From Candidatus Zixiibacteriota bacterium (GTDB lineage Bacteria > RBG-13-66-14 > B26-G2 > WVWN01): a stretch of DNA of 64,000 bases. Of the stretch, positions 18,977 to 26,756 are shown piece by piece. Made by a program: the position numbers and the translations under genes. Within the stretch, counting starts at the first letter, position 1. Each line of letters begins with the position of its first letter. Location of the stretch: positions 42,130 through 106,129 of the forward strand of contig JASFLY010000007.1 in NCBI GenBank assembly GCA_050117845.1, written 5' to 3'. Below the pieces are notes generated by a model that ran no database searches, was not told where the DNA came from, and saw only the letters and a list, made by a program, of their open reading frames with translations.

Positions 18977-19773
18977 TACTTCCTCCTTACTTGTTCTTCG
19001 ATTTCGGGGTAAATAAACGTACGCCCGGCGGTTTCCGCCGTCCTTACCGGGCAACCGTAGATTTCGGATAAAGTATCGGCTCGGAGGACTTCGGCCGCGG
19101 GGCCGTCCGCGACGATGCGTCGGGCCGCCATCAAAGCGACCCGCGGGAAGTACGCGGCCGCCACGTTCAGGTCGTGCAGGACCGCGACGACGGTCAAGCC
19201 TTCTCGGGCGTTCAGCCTCCCCAGCAACGAGAAGATCTGAGCCTGGTGGGAGATGTCGAGGTGGGCAGTCGGTTCGTCCAGGAAAACGGTCGGCGCGCCC
19301 TGGGCGAGGGCTCGCGCCAGGACCGCCCGCTGGAACTCGCCGCCGGACAACTGGCTAACCGGCCTCTCGGCGAGGGCCGCGACGCCCGTAAGTTCCATCG
19401 CCCGGGACGCGATCGCCCGGTCTTCCGGGCCGGGGGGCCGGAACGGCCCGAGATAGGCGTAGCGCGCCAGCATCGTGAGTTCGCGAACGCGATATGGCAG
19501 GTTCACCTCGCTGTATTGCGGTACGAAGGACACGAGGCGGGCGACATCGCGGCGGCCGTACGTCTTGATATCCCTGCCGGCGAGCAGCACATCGCCCCGG
19601 TCGGCGTTCAAGTAACCCGAAAGCAGACGCAGGAGCGTACTCTTCCCGGCGCCGTTGGGCCCCACGACGGCCACCATCTCCCCAGCCTCCACGGCGAAGT
19701 CGACGCCTTCTATCGCCGGCCCCGTCGGCCACGAGTAATGGAGGCCGAGGCCCTCTACCATTCGGCCGGCCAC
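18976..19773 (-). CDS. btuD: Cobalamin/Fe-siderophore ABC transporter ATP-binding protein
   Basis: GPNGAGKST, LSGGEFQRAVLARALAQ, LDEPTAHLD, HDLN. Confidence 0.88.
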   Translation of the reverse strand: MAGRMVEGLGLHYSWPTGPAIEGVDFAVEAGEMVAVVGPNGAGKSTLLRLLSGYLNADRGDVLLAGRDIKTYGRRDVARLVSFVPQYSEVNLPYRVRELTMLARYAYLGPFRPPGPEDRAIASRAMELTGVAALAERPVSQLSGGEFQRAVLARALAQGAPTVFLDEPTAHLDISHQAQIFSLLGRLNAREGLTVVAVLHDLNVAAAYFPRVALMAARRIVADGPAAEVLRADTLSEIYGCPVRTAETAGRTFIYPEIEEQVRRK

Positions 19774-19774
19774 G

Positions 19775-20791
19775 CTAGTAACCCTTCTTTCGCAAAATCG
19801 CCAGGAAATACGGCGCGCCTATGAGGGCGGTGAAAACGCCCACCGGCACGATGGGAATATGGAAATAATCGGCCGTCGTCCGGACGAGTGTGTCGCCCGC
19901 GGCCACGAGGGCCGCGCCGCCCAGCGCCGCCGCCACGAGAAGCGTTAGGTGGCGTGGCCCGATTATCCGGCGCAGGGCGTGGGGTACGACTATGCCGACG
20001 AAACCGATGGGCCCGGCCAGCGCCACCACCGAGGCCGTCGCTAGCGACGCGCAGAGGATAATCGCTATCTTGAATTTCTCGACGGAGAGGCCGAGGTGGA
20101 AGGCGCTCTCCTCGCCGAGCGCGATGAGGTCCAGGGGACGGGCCAATACCATGAGAAGAATAGCGACGACGCCGGTAACGCCCGCCGTGCACGCCACCTT
20201 GAACGGCGTTATGTCCGGGCTCGCCAGGTCGCCCATGAGCCACAGGAAAACGGCGTGCTGGTCGCGGGCCGGGACTATAGCCAACATCAAAAGTATGAGC
20301 GCCGTAAAGAATGCGCCGACGACGACGCCCGCGAGGAGCAGCGCGTGGACGGAGAGGATCCCCGCCGCCCGGGCCACCATGAAGCCGGTGCCGACGGCCG
20401 CTAGGGCCCCAAGGAAGGCCAGGACGTTGAGCGCGGAGAAAGCCGCGGCGCCGGAGCCGAGCCCCAACACCGTCGCGACCGCGGCCCCCAGGCCGCCCCC
20501 GGCGGCGATACCGAGGATATAGGGGTCGGCCAACGGGTTGCGCAGAACGGCCTGCAAAGCCGTGCCGGCCGTAGCCAGCGCGACCCCCACGCAGAGCGCC
20601 GCCCCCAACCGCGTTAAACGCACGATTACCACGGCGTACGCGTCACGACTCACGACGCCGCCCGTGACTAGTTCCCCCACCGCCCGCGCCGACGCCCCGG
20701 GCGAGAGGCCCGGCCCGAGCAGGGCCGCCGCCGCCGCCACGCCGATCAACGTTAACGCCAATACGGCGAACGTCGCCGCCTTCCGGTTCAC
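19775..20791 (-). CDS. btuC: FecCD-family ABC permease (cobalamin)
   Basis: LQAVLRNPLADPYILGI, GPIGFVGIVVPH, PVGVFTALIGAPYF. Confidence 0.9.
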   Translation of the reverse strand: MNRKAATFAVLALTLIGVAAAAALLGPGLSPGASARAVGELVTGGVVSRDAYAVVIVRLTRLGAALCVGVALATAGTALQAVLRNPLADPYILGIAAGGGLGAAVATVLGLGSGAAAFSALNVLAFLGALAAVGTGFMVARAAGILSVHALLLAGVVVGAFFTALILLMLAIVPARDQHAVFLWLMGDLASPDITPFKVACTAGVTGVVAILLMVLARPLDLIALGEESAFHLGLSVEKFKIAIILCASLATASVVALAGPIGFVGIVVPHALRRIIGPRHLTLLVAAALGGAALVAAGDTLVRTTADYFHIPIVPVGVFTALIGAPYFLAILRKKGY

Positions 20792-21714
20792 GGCGTCCCT
20801 CCCGCCCCCGGCGCGTCGCCGTAGAAAAACTCGTGAAGGGAGGCGACGCCTTTAGCGAGGCGGGGGCCCGCCCGCAGGACCAGGTCCGGATTGGCCTCGT
20901 AGATCCGGCCGCTTCGCACCGCCGCCACGCCGCCCCACCCGGTGCGGCCGGCGACGGCCGCCGCCGCCGCGCCGTGGCACAACAAGATGACCTCCGGGTT
21001 CCGGGCTATTACGGCCTCCGGTTCGATGCGGGAATAGGGCCGCGGGAGGCCGGTCCCGACGTTAACGCCGCCGGCGAGTTCGATCGCCTCATGCACGTAG
21101 GACCCCTCCGACACCGTCATAAGAGGTTCGGGGCATATCTCGAGGTAGACGCGGGGCCTCTCGGCTTCGGGAACCGCCGCGACGGCGGATCTCACTTTTT
21201 CCAGTTCGGCCTCGAACGCCGCGGCGGCCACGGCCGCCTCTTCGTCATGACCAACTATCCCGCCGACCGCCAGGATATTCCGCCTCACGCCGTCTATACC
21301 CGGCGCCATGAACGCCACGACAGGAACGCCCAACGGCTCCAGCTGTTCTATCATCCGCTCCTGCTCGTGGCCGGTCGTGATTATAAGGTCGGGATCGAGC
21401 GCGACGACGCGCTCCACCGAGACGGTGGAGAAATCGCCCACGGTGGGGAGTTCCGCCGTGGCCGGCGGCCAATCGCAGCCGCGCACGACGCCGACGACGA
21501 GGTCCCCCGCCCCGACGGCGAATAGGATTTCCGTTATCTCCGGCGACGTGCAGACGATGCGCCGGGGCTCGGCGGGAACGACGACCGTGCGGCCCAGGTC
21601 GTCGGTGAAAGGCCGGCCGTCGGCGACGACGGGCCGGGGAGCCGGCTTGCCGCAAGACGCCGCAATTAGCGCCGCCGCCAGGACGGATATAACGCATTTA
21701 TTAATATTAGGCAT
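20788..21714 (-). CDS. btuF: Cobalamin-binding periplasmic lipoprotein
   Basis: Lipobox AAS|C; DDLGRTV..PRRIV..PEITEILFAVG; RAGPRL. First gene after the riboswitch. Exact start is uncertain. Confidence 0.87.
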   Translation of the reverse strand: MPNINKCVISVLAAALIAASCGKPAPRPVVADGRPFTDDLGRTVVVPAEPRRIVCTSPEITEILFAVGAGDLVVGVVRGCDWPPATAELPTVGDFSTVSVERVVALDPDLIITTGHEQERMIEQLEPLGVPVVAFMAPGIDGVRRNILAVGGIVGHDEEAAVAAAAFEAELEKVRSAVAAVPEAERPRVYLEICPEPLMTVSEGSYVHEAIELAGGVNVGTGLPRPYSRIEPEAVIARNPEVILLCHGAAAAAVAGRTGWGGVAAVRSGRIYEANPDLVLRAGPRLAKGVASLHEFFYGDAPGAGGTP

Positions 21715-21739
21715 AAAAAAAACCGGCCCGACGGCCGGT
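21715..21739 (-). terminator. Intrinsic terminator, probable expression platform of the B12 riboswitch
   Basis: Minus strand ACCGGCC-gtcg-GGCCGGT followed by a T-run, between the riboswitch and btuF. Confidence 0.7.
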
Positions 21740-21807
21740 GCGAAAGTAGTCCTCGCCTTGTCGCCCTACCCGTCGTAGAGAGTTATCCGGCAATCGCCGG
21801 AGACAAG

Positions 21808-21956
21808 CGGTTCGGAGAGAAGTATCCTGACTTGCGGGTCATCCTACTCATCGGCGCCTTCCCGGTTTCCCAGTGGCGCTGTTGCCGACTTTCGTAGCCG
21901 CTTACAGTGGCGGGGCCGCGGCGGTTTTTCACCGCCTTCCATGCACCCCGAACCGT
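21808..21956 (-). ncRNA. Cobalamin riboswitch
   Basis: Minus strand: GGTTCGGG...GGAAGGCGGTGAAAAACCGCCGCGGCCCCGCCACTGTAA...GCCACTGGGAAACCGGGAAGG...CGCAAGTCAGGATAC...CTCCGAACC (B12 box, P1 pairing), upstream of btuFCDB. Confidence 0.93.
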
Positions 21957-21999
21957 TATTTTATTTTCCCGCCGGGCCCGGGGACCCGACGCTCGGAAT

Positions 22000-22028
22000 A
22001 CTATACGATAGACCGGCGGCGGAGTCAA
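22000..22028 (-). promoter_or_regulatory. sigma70-type promoter of the riboswitch/btu operon
   Basis: TTGACT-17 nt-TATAGT on the minus strand. Confidence 0.7.
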
Positions 22029-22049
22029 CCCAAAATCGGCGCCACGACG

Positions 22050-22080
22050 AAAAAAGCCCCGCTCCGCGGCGGGGCTTTTT
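22050..22080. terminator. Intrinsic terminator after the 22099-24840 gene
   Basis: AAAAAAGCCCCGC-tccgcg-GCGGGGCTTTTT. Confidence 0.8.
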
Positions 22081-22098
22081 AATGCGCTTTTATTAAGG

Positions 22099-24840
22099 CT
22101 AATCGGCTATGACGAACTTGCGCGTCGCAGCATCGCTGCCGGCCGTCAGACGGTAAAGGTAAACGCCCGCCGGCAAAGGCCGTCCCGCATCGTCCGTAAG
22201 GGCTACGTGTTCCTCATGTACGCCCGCGTTACGTGGCCCCTCGACCACCGTGGATACGCGGCGGCCGGTCAGGTCGTATACCGCCAACTCCACGCCGGTA
22301 GCGCCGGGCAAGGTGTAGCTTATCACCGTTTCGTGCCGGGCCGGATTCGGGAAACTCTGGTAAAGGTGGAACGCGAGGGGTTTCCCGGAAGGCGGCGTCG
22401 AACCCTTCTCGGCGCCGTAGCCCAGTACGAATCGCCCGAGTCGGTCGGCGGCCGCCGTAACCCGCCGGCCGCGTTTGTCGATAACGCCGCCCAGGTCTTC
22501 CCACGCCGAACCGGTCCAGCGGAACACGGAGAGGCACTCCTCCCGCCCGACGGCGAGGCCGTCGTAGGAAAGCGTCACCTGAACCGGTTTGGTCAACGGC
22601 GCCCACGACGGACCGATATCGTACGCCGGCCCTAGGGTCTCGGTCGACTCTTTCCCCGAGGCGACCAGGACGGCCGCGTTCGCGGGGGCGTTACGTTCCA
22701 CGCCGGGGAAGATAGAGAACATTACGGGTTCGCGTACCGCGCCGGCCGGGAGTTTAAGCGCCGCTTCGCGGTCGCCCACGGTACCGCCCCCCGCCGCGAG
22801 GAAGCCGGCGCTGAAGTTTTTAACGCCGGACTTTATGTTACCGGACGTGTCAGCGGCCCGCCACTCGAAGCGGCCGGTACCATTTTCGCCGGGCTCGAGA
22901 ACCAGCGACCCGATGAAACTCATACCGTCCCCGCTGAATTCCACGGCGGCCGCGCGTTCCTCACCCCGGTTCGGCGTGAAATAGGCTCCAGCCTCGGGGG
23001 CGCCGAAGAGGTCCTCGTCCGCCCCCAGGAGAAGTTCGATGTAATCGGGGTTGCCCTGGGGTCTCACCACGGCTAAACTGACCGCGGGAGGATCCGTATC
23101 GTCGGTCATCGTTACCGAATAACTGAAGGGCAGCTCGGAACCCTGCGTCGCCACGTTGTTGATAATCATCACGATGGCGTCGTATTGGCCGGGGTTGCGC
23201 ACCTGTACGATACCCCTGTCGGCGGGCGAGCACATGGATGTTCCGACGCCCGCGGTGCCGTTCAGGTCGGTCCACGTGGTCCCGTTCTTCGACGCCATTA
23301 CGATGCCGCCCCAGTCCTTCGATTCTTTCATGTTCTCCGGGGCGCCCTCGAACGAGAAGACGGCCGCCGGCCAGGAGGGCAAACCGGTGAAGTAATAGAA
23401 ACCGTGACCTAGGTGGTTCATATAATAAGATTCCGACGGCTCGTAGTTGACGATGGGATATTCGCCGGACCCCCACTGGTTCTGCAGACCCACGGGGCCG
23501 TACTCCCAACGGTAATGCTGCCGGTCGTCACGGCTGTCGGTGAACCAGTTCCAGGTGTTCCAGGTCTCGAATTCCTCGGTATAAGCCCGGCCGGGTATAT
23601 AACTCCGGCCCACGTGATAGTAGCGGATGATGTAGTCGATAGCGTCCCACGGCGACCTATCGACCAACGGGTCGTTCGTATACCACTGGTCACCCTTACA
23701 CAAAGCACGCCAGACTTCCCGCGGCATAAGATCGCCTTCGACCTCGAGCCACTCGGGGGGAGTCCATACGCGCCAACACCAGTCCTCGAAGAAGAAGTTG
23801 ATAATACAGGCTATGTATCCGCCGTCGTCCGTACCGTCTATCGAACGCAACGTGTTCCCCAGGTAGGAGTTCATACGGCCGCGCGGGTCCCCGGCGTTGG
23901 GGTATACCGTATCCTCGGCCCACATCGCCGACGCTTCCAGATACCAACTCGGCGTGGTGACGTCGTACATGAATTGCGTAACGTGCATGAACTCGTGGGA
24001 CGAAATCACGGGTTCGCCGAACGAGCCGCCCTCGCCTTTGACGTACACGTTCCGCAGATTCATGTAGCCGGAATAGTCTTGCCGCGTGGTATACGGGAAG
24101 GGCATGTCGGAGTACGCCACGCCGCCCACGCCGCCGCTCAATTTGCCGAGGTAAGCATCCCAGCGGTCGTCGCCGCCGTAATCGTTGCCTTCCGCGGGCC
24201 AATCGAGCTCCTCATACCGGTCCCGGAGCGGGAAGTATTGCTGGTCCTCCGGGTCGGGGTGGTAATACCACCCGTCCGCGACGTACTGGGCGAACGCTTT
24301 CTCGAGATCGGCCCCTATCCACTCCACGCAATCCGGGATGCCGTTGTTATTGCTATCGGAGGGGTCTTCCAGGGCGTTGGACCCGGAAAGGACGTAATGG
24401 ACTTTATAGTTCCCTTCCGGCGTGTCGTACGTGTGGATTGGAACCCCGCCGTAACTCGAGTCGCCCCACGACGTACGGCGCTTCACCTGGAAGCCGTCCA
24501 TACCCGCGTCCTCGAAGCCGCAGAACTCGCACAGCTTCGCTTTTACGGCGGGGTCCATGTAGGGCCACCGCTCCCGCAGCTCCGTTACGACCGGCGTACC
24601 GCACGCCCAATGCTCGGCCGAATACCACTCGCCGCGATACGTATCCGGGACGTAGTTCTCCGTTGCGGCGTAAAGCGCCATGTAGCGATACATTAAAGCT
24701 TCGTCGGCGCTGATTTCGCCCGCCTGTTCCGCGGCTCTCAGCTTATAGGTCGTGGTGTCCTCGAGGGCGCAAGGCCAAGCCGCCATAGTAAGCGACGGAA
24801 TCCCCGCTAATATTACTAATGCTAGGCCGAGTCGTTTCAT
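22099..24840 (-). CDS. Secreted putative Zn-metalloprotease (HExxH; MXAN_6640-like) with ZU5-like and T9SS-like/FlgD-Ig C-terminal domains
   Basis: Signal peptide; DSNNNGIPDCVE; SHEFMHVTQFMYD...WYLEASAMWAED; LKLPAGA..LGPAYDIGPS..KPVQVTLSY; FHLYQSFPNP..YDLTGRRV..PAGVYLYRL. Confidence 0.7.
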   Translation of the reverse strand: MKRLGLALVILAGIPSLTMAAWPCALEDTTTYKLRAAEQAGEISADEALMYRYMALYAATENYVPDTYRGEWYSAEHWACGTPVVTELRERWPYMDPAVKAKLCEFCGFEDAGMDGFQVKRRTSWGDSSYGGVPIHTYDTPEGNYKVHYVLSGSNALEDPSDSNNNGIPDCVEWIGADLEKAFAQYVADGWYYHPDPEDQQYFPLRDRYEELDWPAEGNDYGGDDRWDAYLGKLSGGVGGVAYSDMPFPYTTRQDYSGYMNLRNVYVKGEGGSFGEPVISSHEFMHVTQFMYDVTTPSWYLEASAMWAEDTVYPNAGDPRGRMNSYLGNTLRSIDGTDDGGYIACIINFFFEDWCWRVWTPPEWLEVEGDLMPREVWRALCKGDQWYTNDPLVDRSPWDAIDYIIRYYHVGRSYIPGRAYTEEFETWNTWNWFTDSRDDRQHYRWEYGPVGLQNQWGSGEYPIVNYEPSESYYMNHLGHGFYYFTGLPSWPAAVFSFEGAPENMKESKDWGGIVMASKNGTTWTDLNGTAGVGTSMCSPADRGIVQVRNPGQYDAIVMIINNVATQGSELPFSYSVTMTDDTDPPAVSLAVVRPQGNPDYIELLLGADEDLFGAPEAGAYFTPNRGEERAAAVEFSGDGMSFIGSLVLEPGENGTGRFEWRAADTSGNIKSGVKNFSAGFLAAGGGTVGDREAALKLPAGAVREPVMFSIFPGVERNAPANAAVLVASGKESTETLGPAYDIGPSWAPLTKPVQVTLSYDGLAVGREECLSVFRWTGSAWEDLGGVIDKRGRRVTAAADRLGRFVLGYGAEKGSTPPSGKPLAFHLYQSFPNPARHETVISYTLPGATGVELAVYDLTGRRVSTVVEGPRNAGVHEEHVALTDDAGRPLPAGVYLYRLTAGSDAATRKFVIAD

Positions 24841-24890
24841 TTCTTACCTTCCTTTGTCGGTATCGCCGGCGCCGGCGGTTACGGGTCCGT

Positions 24891-25241
24891 TTAATGTATT
24901 ACGACGGCGCGATAGTAAAAAGACTCGTACTCTCCCGAGTCGACCCAAACGCGCCCTTCCGATAATATCGTACTGAATAGCATTTTCCATTCATTGTTGC
25001 CGCCCCGGCCGCTTCCGTAGACGATAACCATCGCCATATCGTTGCCGCCGCTCCCGGCTTCGCCGACGTGCAGGTCCGGGATACTAATATATCCCCCGTT
25101 TCCGGTGAGATTGGCTTCGGACACTTCGTACACCGTGCGTTGGACGCCGTCCGCGCCCTCTAGCATCTCGTCGCCACAACCTAAGAAATAGCCGATTAGG
25201 AAAGCGCCGATAACGCCAGCCGTAAAAAAATATTTCTTCAT
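24891..25241 (-). CDS. Hypothetical lipoprotein
   Basis: MKKYFF...YFLG|C lipobox, RBS AAGGAG. Confidence 0.7.
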   Translation of the reverse strand: MKKYFFTAGVIGAFLIGYFLGCGDEMLEGADGVQRTVYEVSEANLTGNGGYISIPDLHVGEAGSGGNDMAMVIVYGSGRGGNNEWKMLFSTILSEGRVWVDSGEYESFYYRAVVIH

Positions 25242-25304
25242 TTTCGTCCGCTCCTTGTTAAACGTTCCCGTTAAATTTTACTAGGCGTAACGGAGCGCGT
25301 CAAG

Positions 25305-26006
25305 TTATTTCGGCCCGCCACCGCAACCGCAGGTACGGACGAAGTTTTGGATTATCTCCGGGTAATGCCGCTCGCCCCAACAGCCGGGCGCCGTTATCGA
25401 CGCCGCGTCCGATCCGTAATCCGCCAAGCTCCGTTCCCAACGCGTTATGCTCGCCGCGGCGTCGGCCGGCGTGACCTCCGGGTGGAATTGACAGGTAACG
25501 ACGCCGAACTCGCGGTTACGGGCCGCGTGGATACGACAGGCATCCGAAGAAGCGAGGAGTTCCCATCCGTCGGGGAGCTCGGGCACCTCGTCGAAGTGGA
25601 AGTTATACGGCCGGATCGTCCGGCCTGCCCCCTCGAATATCGGGTCCGGGACTAGTTCCACCGGCGGCCATCCAACTTCCGGTTCGGGCCGTCGCGTCAG
25701 TACGTCCTTGCCGTATAACGCGCGGAATATCAATTGATGGCCGAAGCACACCCCGAAGAGCGGTACGCGGCGTTGTATCGCGTCCCGGATGAATACGATT
25801 TCTTGGCGGAGCCAAGGCGGGTCCTCGAATACGGAACGCTCGGAACCGGAAATGATAACGCCGGCCGGCTTCGAGCCGTCCGGCACAAGGTCCTCGCGCC
25901 TGACCACGTCGACCGGGGCCAGCTTCTCTACCTCAGCGGCGAACCATCCGCCGGCCTGTCGGTGGTCGGAATTATCTATTATGAGGATACGGTCGTTGGA
26001 CCCCAT
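25305..26006 (-). CDS. Class I glutamine amidotransferase-like protein
   Basis: VIISGS, GVCFGHQL (catalytic Cys), QFHPE. Confidence 0.9.
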   Translation of the reverse strand: MGSNDRILIIDNSDHRQAGGWFAAEVEKLAPVDVVRREDLVPDGSKPAGVIISGSERSVFEDPPWLRQEIVFIRDAIQRRVPLFGVCFGHQLIFRALYGKDVLTRRPEPEVGWPPVELVPDPIFEGAGRTIRPYNFHFDEVPELPDGWELLASSDACRIHAARNREFGVVTCQFHPEVTPADAAASITRWERSLADYGSDAASITAPGCWGERHYPEIIQNFVRTCGCGGGPK

Positions 26007-26082
26007 GGGAGTACCCGGCCGTCGAGACGTTAAAAGGGGGCCGGAAAACCCGGCCCCCCGGTGTATTTCGCTTTTTACAGTT

Positions 26083-26718
26083 TTAGACGGACGGGTCCCG
26101 GCCTATTAGTCTTTCGATTTCGGCCGTCATGGCGCGCCAATCAGTGAATTCGTAATTCTGAGATTCACCGATCATGCCGCGCATTTTATTAACCGCCCAG
26201 ACGCAGCGGTTGGCGTTGCCCATGCCGTAATAATTGAGCGCCAGCAGGATGTATACGTCGTAGCCGGTCACTCTCGAGTCGCCGATGAACGTGAAGTTTT
26301 GGCCCTGTAAATTGTTAATCATGAACAGGGCGCGTTCGGCCGATACGTCATAGTCGTCGTTGGCCTGGTAGGCCGTGGCGACGCCCATGTATATAGACTG
26401 GCGTACTTTGAGCTCGGTACCGACCTGCTCGCTAACCAACACCGCGCTTTCGAGCGTCTCGATGGCCACGGATATATTCTGCATCCGCAGGTAAGTCCAA
26501 CCTAAGCCGCATTGCGCTTCGGCGTAATAGGGGTCTACTTTAAGGGCGTTCCCGAAGAGGGTTATCGCCCCATCGTAATCCCCTGCTTCCCAGGCTTTCC
26601 AGCCTTCCGTTGTCCACTCGGCCTGCGACATCGCGGTAAAATCGTCGTCCTCTTCACATCCCATCAGAACGAGGACGAGAGCCGCGGCCGCAACCAAGAG
26701 CGTTATCTTCTTAAGCAT
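26083..26718 (-). CDS. TPR-containing lipoprotein
   Basis: Lipobox LMG|C; GWKAWEAGDYDGAITLFGNALKVDP..AEAQCGLGWTY. Confidence 0.8.
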   Translation of the reverse strand: MLKKITLLVAAAALVLVLMGCEEDDDFTAMSQAEWTTEGWKAWEAGDYDGAITLFGNALKVDPYYAEAQCGLGWTYLRMQNISVAIETLESAVLVSEQVGTELKVRQSIYMGVATAYQANDDYDVSAERALFMINNLQGQNFTFIGDSRVTGYDVYILLALNYYGMGNANRCVWAVNKMRGMIGESQNYEFTDWRAMTAEIERLIGRDPSV

Positions 26719-26756
26719 CTACCTAGCCTCCTAAGGTTAACGGTACCCGCGGCGTT

